Part shown: positions 13,101 through 22,579 of the stretch, one piece after another
Position numbering within the stretch: the first letter of the stretch is position 1
Layout of the letters: each line of letters starts with the position of its first letter
Source of the DNA: Macrostomum lignano
Taxonomy: Eukaryota
Assembly: GCA_002269645.1 (NCBI GenBank)
Contig: NIVC01003730.1
Span: forward strand, 1-64,000
DNA length: 64,000 nucleotides
Direction: 5' to 3'
Program-made: the position numbers and the translations under genes
The notes under the pieces: generated by a model
Told to the model about the DNA's origin: nothing
Databases searched by the model: none
What the model saw: the letters and a program-made list of their open reading frames with translations, nothing else

Positions 13101-15715
13101 AGTGATTAGTGTGTGAGGCACATCAGTGATTAGTGAGTGAGGCACTTCAGTGATTAGTGAGTGAGGCACTTCAGTGATTAGTGTGTGAGGCACATCAGTG
13201 ATTAGTGAGTGAGGCACATCAGTGATTAGTGAGTGAGGCACTTCAGTGATTAGTGTGTGAGGCACTTCAGTGATTAGTGAGTGAGGCACTTCAGTGATTA
13301 GTGAGTGAGGCACTTCAGTGATTAGTGAGTGAGGCACTTCAGTGATTAGTGTGTGAGGCACTTCAGTGATTAGTGAGTGAGGCACTTCAGTGATTAGTGA
13401 GTGAGGCACTTCAGTGATTAGTGAGTGAGGCACTTCAGTGATTAGTGAGTGAGGCACATCAGTGATTAGTGAGTGAGGCACTTCAGTGATTAGTGTGTGA
13501 GGCACATCAGTGATTAGTGAGTGAGGCACATCAGTGATTAGTGTGTGAGGCACATCAGTGATTAGTGAGTGAGGCACTTCAGTGATTAGTGAGTGAGGCA
13601 CTTCAGTGATTAGTGTGTGAGGCACATCAGTGATTAGTGAGTGAGGCACATCAGTGATTAGTGAGTGAGGCACTTCAGTGATTAGTGTGTGAGGCACTTC
13701 AGTGATTAGTGAGTGAGGCACTTCAGTGATTAGTGAGTGAGGCACTTCAGTGATTAGTGAGTGAGGCACTTCAGTGATTAGTGTGTGAGGCACTTCAGTG
13801 ATTAGTGAGTGAGGCACTTCAGTGATTAGTGAGTGAGGCACTTCAGTGATTAGTGAGTGAGGCACTTCAGTGATTAGTGAGTGAGGCACTTCAGTGATTA
13901 GTGAGTGAGGCACATCAGTGATTAGTGAGTGAGGCACTTCAGTGATTAGTGAGTGAGGCACTTCAGTGATTAGTGAGTGAGGCACTTCAGTGATTAGTGT
14001 GTGAGGCACTTCAGTGATTAGTGAGTGAGACACTTCAGTGATTAGTGAGTGAGGCACATCAGTGATTAGTGAGTGAGGCACTTCAGTGATTAGTGAGTGA
14101 GGCACATCAGTGATTAGTGTGTGAGACACTTCAGTGATTAGTGAGTGAGGCACTTCAGTGATTAGTGTGTGAGACACTTCAGTGATTAGTGAGTGAGGCA
14201 CATCAGTGATTAGTGAGTGAGGCACATCAGTGATTAGTGATTGAGGCACATCAGTGATTAGTGAGTGAGGCACACATCAGTGATTAGTGAGTGAGGCACA
14301 TCAGTGATTAGTGAGTGAGGCACATCAGTGATTAGTGTGTGAGGCACATCAGTGATTAGTGAGTGAGGCACTTCAGTGATTAGTGAGTGAGGCACTTCAG
14401 TGATTAGTGAGTGAGGCACTTCAGTGATTAGTGAGTGAGGCACTTCAGTGATTAGTGAGTGAGGCACATCAGTGATTAGTGAGTGAGGCACTTCAGTGAT
14501 TAGTGAGTGAGGCACTTCAGTGATTAGTGAGTGAGGCACTTCATTGATTAGTGAGTGAGGCACTTCAGTGATTAGTGAGTGAGGCACTTCAGTGATTAGT
14601 GTGTGAGACACTTCAGTGATTAGTGAGTGAGGCACATCAGTGATTAGTGTGTGAGGCACATCAGTGATTAGTGAGTGAGGCACATCAGTGATTAGTGAGT
14701 GAGGCACTTCAGTGATTAGTGAGATATTGGTGAGGTGTAAGCCAATTTAACAAGAATTAAAGTACATTAGTTGTGGTTAAAGGTAGTATCGCATTAAAAA
14801 GCTGTTAATCTGTTAATCTGTAAACTACTAATCTGTTCTTCATCGGTAGTCTAAAACGAGCAAGCAACGAAACCTTACCGTCTTCCCCAGGTAAACTGCC
14901 CCAACTGCTCCCAGCCAACCGAGTCGCGCATGAAGCTCGTCCGCGTGCCCTACTTCAAAGAGGTCGTCGTCATGGCAACCACATGCGAAGCCTGCGGTCA
15001 CAAGGACAGCAGCGTCAAATGCGGCGGCGGAATCGAACCCCAGGGCGTCCGGCTTGAACTCGCCGTCCAGGAGCCCTTCGATCTGTCTCGCGACGTGCTC
15101 GTGTCCGACTCCTGTATGATCTGCATTCCCGAGCTCGAGTTCGAGACTGAGCAGGGCAGTCTGGGCGGCAAATTCACCACCGTGGAGGGGCTCCTGCTGG
15201 CCATTCGGTAAGGAACTGCCCTGCATCACTTTTCCTGCATTACCCTCCCTGAATCCCCCTCCCTACATCACCCTTACTGCATCCATGCATCACCTCCCTG
15301 CTCTCATCCCTGAATCCCTGAATCATAAGTGAGCGGAGATTGGGCAGGACTGCCTTAGGACACAGCCTTACCGCAACCTTACTAACCAGTTGCTATGCTC
15401 CTCCCCCCGCCCAGCGACAGCCTGGCCGAGACGAATCCCTGCCTGCTCGGCGACGCCACCGAGACGCCTCGATTTGGCGAATTTCTCGCTCGCATCACCG
15501 CTCTGGCAACCGTCGTCGAAGAGCCGGACGCAACCCAGCCTCGATTCCGCCTCATCTTGGACGATCCGGCTGGCAATTCCTACGTGCAGAATCTGTGCGC
15601 CCCCGACCCGGATCCGCAGCTGCAGTGCCAGAAATACGACCGGTCAGAGGAGCAGAACGAGAGCCTCGGACTGACCGACATGAAGACCGAGAACTACGCA
15701 GAGCCGAATAGCTGA
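10144..15715 (+). CDS. ZPR1: Zinc finger protein ZPR1; exons 10144-10658, 10900-11173, 14891-15207, 15415-15715, about 468 aa
   Basis: Two C4 zinc fingers (CMNC...CPDC; CPNC...CEAC) and two LxLxDPxGNS motifs. All three GT-AG introns have matching phases (2, 0, 2), and there is a branch point actaac at 15381. Confidence 0.95.
10672..10890. repeat. About 40-bp tandem repeat filling ZPR1 intron 1
   Basis: CTGTCTGTTCACAATCTACCTGTCTGTTCACACATCTGAC, about 5 copies. Confidence 0.85.
11228..12142. repeat. 41-bp minisatellite, ZPR1 intron 2 (5' part)
   Basis: TGAGATGCCACTAATCAGAATAGAGTTGCCATTTTCA(C/T)ATC, about 22 copies. Confidence 0.95.
12645..14722. repeat. 24-bp minisatellite, ZPR1 intron 2 (3' part)
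   Basis: GTGATTAGTG(A/T)GTGAGGCAC(T/A)TCA, about 85 copies. Confidence 0.95.
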
Positions 15716-15837
15716 ACTGCTTTGTTGGCCTATCTGGTTTTTTTTCTCTGTTCGCCTCGCTGCCTACTGTCACCGTTTCTTTTCGTTTTGATTTTGAAAT
15801 TTGCAGATGTCTGTGCGCACACATAAGGGTGGCAATA

Positions 15838-17022
15838 TCCAAACGGAATTCCCCCTCAGAAGCAGAACAGTCCAAACGGAATTCCCCCCTCAGAAACAGA
15901 ACAGTCCAAACGGAATTCCCCCCTCAGAAACAGAACAGTCCAAACGGAATTCCCCCTCAGAAACAGAACAGTCCAAACGGAATTCCCCTCAGAAACAGAA
16001 CAGTCCAAACGGAATTCCCCCTCAGAAACAGAACAGTCCAAACGGAATTCCCCCTCAGAAACAGAACAGTCCAAACGGAATTCCCCCTCAGAAACAGAAC
16101 AGTCCAAACGGAATTCCCCCTCAGAAACAGAACAGTCCAAACGGAATTCCCCCTCAGAAACAGAACAGTCCAAACGGAATTCCCCCTCAGAACAGAACAG
16201 TCCAAACGGAATTCCCCCTCAGAAACAGAACAGTCCAAACGGAATTCCCCCCTCAGAAACAGAACAGTCCAAACGGAATTCCCCCCTCAGAAACAGAACA
16301 GTCCAAACGGAATCCCCCCTCAGAAACAGAACAGTCCAAACGGAATTCCCCCCTCAGAAACAGAACAGTCCAAACGGAATTCCCCCTCAGAAACAGAACA
16401 GTCCAAACGGAATTCCCCCTCAGAAACAGAACAGTCCAAACGGAATTCCCCCCTCAGAAACAGAACAGTCCAAACGGAATCCCCCTCAGAAACAGAACAG
16501 TCCAAACGGAATTCCCCCCTCAGAAACAGAACAGTCCAAACGGAATTCCCCCCTCAGAAACAGAACAGTCCAAACGGAATCCCCCTCAGAAACAGAACAG
16601 TCCAAACGGAATTCCCCCTCAGAAACAGAACAGTCCAAACGGAATTCCCCCTCAGAAACAGAACAGTCCAAACGGAATTCCCCCTCAGAAACAGAACAGT
16701 CCAAACGGAATCCCCCCTCAGAAACAGAACAGTCCAAACGGAATTCCCCCCTCAGAAACAGAACAGTCCAAACGGAATTCCCCCCTCAGAAACAGAACAG
16801 TCCAAACGGAATCCCCCTCAGAAACAGAACAGTCCAAACGGAATTCCCCCCTCAGAAACAGAACAGTCCAAACGGAATTCCCCCTCAGAAACAGAACAGT
16901 CCAAACGGAATTCCCCCCTCAGAAACAGAACAGTCCAAACGGAATTCCCCCTCAGAAACAGAACAGTCCAAACTGAATTCCCCCCTCAGAAACAGAACAG
17001 TCCAAACTGAATTCCCCCCTCA
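15838..17022. repeat. 32-34-bp minisatellite between ZPR1 and NASP
   Basis: CAGAAACAGAACAGTCCAAACGGAATTC(n)T with a variable C run. Confidence 0.95.
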
Positions 17023-17443
17023 GAAATAAAAAAATTGCATCAGCATCAGCAGTTTTCAAAACTTTGCCTGGCAACCCGAAAACCTGAATTTGATTTAATT
17101 CAATTCCGCTATCTTTTATCCTGAATATTATTTTCTTTAAACCAACTTTCTGAGCTCCCAGTCCGGCCCCGCCTTGCATTTTTCTTGCCTGCAATGTTGG
17201 GTCAGTAGTAGGATTGGATCAATAAAGTAAAGAATTGGCAAGAGGCTTATTGAGGTGGAACGATTTTATTTTAATGAAATTTGTTTTTTCTTTGATTAAC
17301 TTTACTTACAGTAGTATTCAACAGTATCTTCTGTTCTTATACTTGCAATCGAATTATTCTCTGTTTCAGCCCAGTGCGCCGGCCCGAGACACATCAGCAT
17401 AATCATAATAAATCATAATTTTTAATAACAGACTACTCTGATC

Positions 17444-19054
17444 ATGACAGCCGCTGAGACTACTGCTGAGCAGGAGACTACTGTTACTACTACTGCTGCT
17501 GCTACTGACAGTAGTCAGCAAGAGCCGGCCGCAGCCGCTGAGCAGCCGATGGACGCCGAGTCAATCGAGGCCCTGCTAGGCCAGGGCAAGCGGGACTATT
17601 ACTGCGGCGAATATGTCAAAGCTGTCAGTCAGCTGCAGCGGGCCTGCGAAGCCCTGGCCGCTAAGCACGGCGATCTGGCTGACGAGATTGCCGAGCCCTA
17701 CCTGCTGTACGGCCGCGCCCTGCTGGAGGTGGCCAGGATGGAGGCCGACGTTCTCGGCGGAGCCCTCGAAGGCGTACCGGCCGAGGAGGCCAAGACAGAC
17801 GGTGATGAGGCAAAAAAGACATCACAGATTGATGAGGAAGAAAAAGAAGCCGATGCGATGATTGAAAAAGACTCGCTAACCGAGGAGGAGAAGGAGAAAA
17901 TCTCCGAGCAGGTCATCGACGCGATGACTGATGGCGACGGCGAGGAGGCGAAGGTGGCCGAGGAGAAGGACGCTGGAGAGGACAAAGAGGAGAAGCAGAA
18001 GCCGGCAGAGACGGTCGAGCCGGAGGCTGGCAAGGCCGACGACAACAAGGAGGCCGAAACAGCGGCGGAAGGCGAGGAAGCCGACGGCGAAGGCGAGGCA
18101 GACGGCGGCGAGGAGGGCGAAGAAGGCGACGAAGAGGAGGAGGAGGAGGATGAGGAAGAGGAGGAAGTTGGCAACCTGCAGATCGCCTGGGAGGTGCTGG
18201 AGGTGGCCCGCAATGTGTTCGAGAGGCGGCAGGACTGGGCCCGCGTGGCCGACTGCCACATGTGCCTGGCCGAGGTGGGCATGGAGAAGGAGGACTGGGC
18301 GCAGGCCGAGGAGGACTTCCTGGCCGCGGTGAAGGTGTACACCGACTCGGTGCGGGTTGACAAAGGCGACAGGCGGCTGGCAACGGCGCAGTTCCAGCTG
18401 GCCGTGGCCTGTCTGGCTGGCAAGAAATTCTCCGAGGCAAAGCGCGCCTTCGACGACAGTGCCGCCCAGTTGGCCGCCAGGGCCGCCCAGCTGGAGGCCG
18501 CTGAAGGCGACGCCGAAGCGACAGCGGCTGAGCGTCGCGAACTTGACGAGCTGATCAGCGAACTGCGCCAGCGAATGTCGGAGGTTGACGAGGAGCGGCT
18601 GGATTTTGAAGCCGCCAAGCAGCAGCTCCGGTCCGGTGCCGCCAGCATCGCCGGTGCCTTCGCTGACGCCGCCGCCGCCATCGGTGCCGTCTCCACCGAC
18701 GCCACCGCCGCCGCTGCCCAGTCCTCCGCCAATGTCAACGACATCTCCGGGCTGGTGCGCAAGAAGCGACCAGCGCCGACGCCCGCCACCGAGCTGGCCG
18801 CCGAGGTCGCTAGCAGCGACGCCAGCGCCAAGGATGACGCGGCTTCGAATGGCGCCCCGGCCGCCGCCACCGCCGCCGCGGAGGTGAACGGCTCCGGCAA
18901 GGTGACCGGAGCGTCGCCCAACAAGCGGCGTCGAACCCTCGTCGGATCCGGCGAAGTCAACGGAGTCGGCGCCGCTGAGAATGGCGGAGACACCGCCAAG
19001 GAGGTGGAGCCGATGGACCAGCAGGAGGAGGCGGCCGTGGCGCCGGCTGTTTAG
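17444..19054 (+). CDS. NASP: NASP / N1-N2 histone chaperone (SHNi-TPR), single exon, 536 aa
   Basis: GKRDYYCGEY...LYGRALLEVAR TPR1/2, an acidic insertion, LQIAWEVLEVAR and LAEVGMEKEDW TPRs, and a C-terminal NLS LVRKKRP. Confidence 0.9.
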   Translation: MTAAETTAEQETTVTTTAAATDSSQQEPAAAAEQPMDAESIEALLGQGKRDYYCGEYVKAVSQLQRACEALAAKHGDLADEIAEPYLLYGRALLEVARMEADVLGGALEGVPAEEAKTDGDEAKKTSQIDEEEKEADAMIEKDSLTEEEKEKISEQVIDAMTDGDGEEAKVAEEKDAGEDKEEKQKPAETVEPEAGKADDNKEAETAAEGEEADGEGEADGGEEGEEGDEEEEEEDEEEEEVGNLQIAWEVLEVARNVFERRQDWARVADCHMCLAEVGMEKEDWAQAEEDFLAAVKVYTDSVRVDKGDRRLATAQFQLAVACLAGKKFSEAKRAFDDSAAQLAARAAQLEAAEGDAEATAAERRELDELISELRQRMSEVDEERLDFEAAKQQLRSGAASIAGAFADAAAAIGAVSTDATAAAAQSSANVNDISGLVRKKRPAPTPATELAAEVASSDASAKDDAASNGAPAAATAAAEVNGSGKVTGASPNKRRRTLVGSGEVNGVGAAENGGDTAKEVEPMDQQEEAAVAPAV

Positions 19055-19689
19055 CTGGCTGGCTATCAAAAAATTGAGCGAAAATTTTAACAGCCAATTA
19101 TTTATTTCTCAAATATAACAAAACACTCCGCATTTTCTCCCTATCGATAGTGAAATCCTGCCGTGCATTTTTAAAAAATAATAAATACTGGAAAACACTG
19201 GGATGACGTAACCAGAAATTCCACCGGTTTGTCGTAAATACATTTTATTATTAACTATTTTTCGCGCGTATTTAACTTCACGGTTTTCTGTCAGTCATCT
19301 ACACTCTCAGTTTTTTAATACTATCTTACTAATAGTAGCGTCAATTGTCTGACTGGTTTTTTATTCCTAAATTTAAAAAGTCTTACTATTTCTATATTAC
19401 TGTTAGTAATACTAGCAAACCTCTGTCGATTTTTTCTGTCCATCGAAGTTTGGCTAAATTTTGTCATTCATATTTTCTAATTATTGTTCTGGGCCGTTGT
19501 GTTTCTGTTTTTATTAATGTTTCAAGTTTAAAATTTATAATAATAACTTCACGCTGTCCCCTGTCTCAAGTCGTTTGCATGTGTGGCGCCTTCCAAACAG
19601 TTGCATTGTTTAATGATTTCTTCTATCAGCTAATTCTTTTCCAGACTACAGACATTGATTGAAGTGGGCGCTGCTTCATGACAGTCGGG

Positions 19690-19707
19690 GAGACAGACAG
19701 ACAGACG

Positions 19708-19777
<70 letters not shown>

Positions 19778-19922
19778 TAGACGGCAGACAGACAGACAGA
19801 CAGACAGACGGATAGACGGCAGACAGACAGACAGACAGACAGACAGACGGATAGACGGCAGACAGACAGACAGACAGACAGACGGATAGACGGCAGACAG
19901 GCAGACAGACAGACAGACAGGC

Positions 19923-19970
<48 letters not shown>

Positions 19971-20005
19971 GGATAGACGGCAGACAGACAGACAGACAGG
20001 CAGGC

Positions 20006-20050
<45 letters not shown>

Positions 20051-20052
20051 GG

Positions 20053-20083
<31 letters not shown>

Positions 20084-20124
20084 ACGGATAGACGGCAGAC
20101 AGACAGACAGACAGACAGGCAGGC

Positions 20125-20164
<40 letters not shown>

Positions 20165-20203
20165 GGATAGACGGCAGACAGACAGACAGACAGACAGACG
20201 GAT

Positions 20204-20239
<36 letters not shown>

Positions 20240-20402
20240 GGATAGACGGCAGACAGACAGACAGACAGACAGACAGACGGATAGACGGCAGACAGGCAGA
20301 CAGACAGGCAGACAGACAGACAGACAGGCAGGCAGACAGACAGACAGACAGACGGATAGACGGCAGACAGACAGACAGACAGACAGGCAGACAGACAGAC
20401 AG
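19690..20402. repeat. (GACA)n compound microsatellite
   Basis: GACA runs punctuated by GACGGATAGACGGCA. Confidence 0.95.
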
Positions 20403-20624
20403 AGAACCAGGGTATCATTCAGTCTGAATAAGTTCGCTCAGCATTATAACAGAATTTGAGCACAGCTCAGAGTTTTTACCACAGCAGAGTTCATTTCGCC
20501 CAAGTCAAATATTTATTTACAACTCAGTTTCGCAGGCCGGAAATTGCGCCAAAGGCGGTGCCTGTTCCCTATAGTGCCCCTCCGCTGAGCACTGCGTGTG
20601 TTTAAGAGCGGGGCCGGCAATCCC

Positions 20625-20627
<3 letters not shown>

Positions 20628-20701
<74 letters not shown>
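20628..20701. repeat. (GA)n microsatellite
   Basis: Pure GA run. Confidence 0.95.
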
Positions 20702-20704
<3 letters not shown>

Positions 20705-21214
20705 TGATTGACCCAAGTTGGCATCTCTCGATACAACGAAAAATGTTAACATGTTTAGCCTCATTATAATATACATGTAGAGGTCTCTGCAGCAGCGAGC
20801 TGCATTAACTTGTGTGCACTGACGCACTCACGGCCAGTCTAATGTAAACTCTCGAAAATTTAATTAAATCTAGCTTTAAAACCGTGCGAAAGTCTGGGTG
20901 AGATGATCTAGATGTTTAGCTAGCTTGATGTACTCATAACTAAACCATAACGAGGCCTCAAGTGCATCTAAATTACAGAAAATTTAATTAAATTGTAGAT
21001 TTCTTTTAGTTGTGTTCGAGGGATCCGGTGCATGTGCAGTGCTGTTACCATACAACTCGCTGCTTGAGTTCAACTGCGGACCTATACATGTAGATTTGAT
21101 AGATGCGGCACTACGTATGAAGACGGTAGATGTGGCCCCGTGCATGTACATGTAGCTGATATATTGTAAATAGCTTTGTGTATACATGGTACATGCAGTA
21201 GATTTGGCGTTATC

Positions 21215-21965
21215 CAGGGTGTTAGAGAAGTGCATGGCGCCATACAGGGTGTTAGAGAAGTGTCGGCATACAGGGTGTTAGAGAAGTGCCAGGCGCCATA
21301 CAGGGTGTTAGAGAAGTGCCAGGCGCCATGCAGGGTGTTAGAGAAGTGGTGCCATATAGGGTTTTAGAGAAGTGGCGCCATACAGGGTTTTAGAGAAGTG
21401 GCGCCATACAGAGTGTTAGAGAAGTGCATGGCGCCATGCAGGGTGTTAGAGAAGTGTCGGCATACAGGGTGTTAGAGAAGTGCCAGGCGCCATACAGGGT
21501 GTTAGAGAAGTGTCGGCATACAGGGGACGTGTTAGAGAAGTGCATGACGCCATACAGGCTGTTAGAGAAGTGCATGACGCCATACAGGCTGTTAGAGAAG
21601 TGGTGCCATACAGGGTTTTAGAGAAGTGGCGCCATACAGAGTGTTAGAGAAGTGCATGGCGCCATGCAGGGTGTTAGAGAAGTGTCGGCATACAGGGTGT
21701 TAGAGAAGTGCCAGGCGCCATACAGGGTGTTAGAGAAGTGTCGGCATACAGGGGACGTGTTAGAGAAGTGCATGACGCCATACAGGCTGTTAGAGAAGTG
21801 GTGCCATACAGGGTTTTAGAGAAGTGGCGCCATACAGAGTGTTAAAGAAGTGCATGGCGCCATACAGGGTTTTAGAGAAGTGGCGCCATACCGGGTTTTA
21901 GAGAAGTGGCGCCATACAGAGTGTTAGAGAAGTGCATGGCGCCATGCAGGGTGTTAGAGAAGTGG
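21215..21965. repeat. 26-34-bp minisatellite with higher-order structure
   Basis: CAGGGTGTTAGAGAAGTG plus variable tails in a recurring order. Confidence 0.9.
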
Positions 21966-22579
21966 AAGTGGCGCCATCACTGCTCCTGCGAGATCAAATG
22001 TGCATTCAGTGCAAAGCGCAGCCATCCCAGAAGCAGAGGCGCACAAAATGCCAATTCTAGAAAGCAAGAAGCAGTTGAGCTGCCATGAGGCGCAGTAGCC
22101 AAATCAGCAGCTAAATTAGTCATTGCTAAATTTATTTTGTTTCTTTTTCCAAACAACTCGACTCATTTAGTGGTGCAATAAAAAAGCTCGCGAGTTTTTT
22201 ATTCGGCATTGTCATAAAAAGTTTATTAAACAGCTCTGCGCACAAATAATACGCGGTGTGGGCCGTGATGCGCAGCAAACAGCCCTGTCTGTGCTATATA
22301 CTAATTTCATTAAAGCCCCTGAATCATCTCGGGGGTTACATGTAGATAGAGAGGCGTATTATTGTCAGAGCCTGCCCTCTCGCACCGCTTGCACAGTGAA
22401 GAGAAGACGCGACGAACTCGAGTTGAGAGAAGAGAGTGAGACAGAAAGGGAGGGAACAATGATGGACCCCCTACTATCCTATGTTGGCCAAGAAGAATAA
22501 TGACGAATAAAAGGGAGACTCATAGGCTAGCAGGGTCAGTTGCGAAGAAACAGCGGTTAAGCTCTGTGGCTGGGCGAGC

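Noticed and set aside
12624-14707. 549-aa and 149-aa VPHSLITE-repeat ORFs (mucin- or antifreeze-like)
   Set aside because: They are translations of a 24-bp intronic minisatellite antisense to ZPR1, with no unique coding sequence or signal peptide.
6040-17022. Regular 32-41-bp repeats as CRISPR arrays
   Set aside because: Units are head-to-tail with no unique spacers, there are no cas genes, and the context is eukaryotic.
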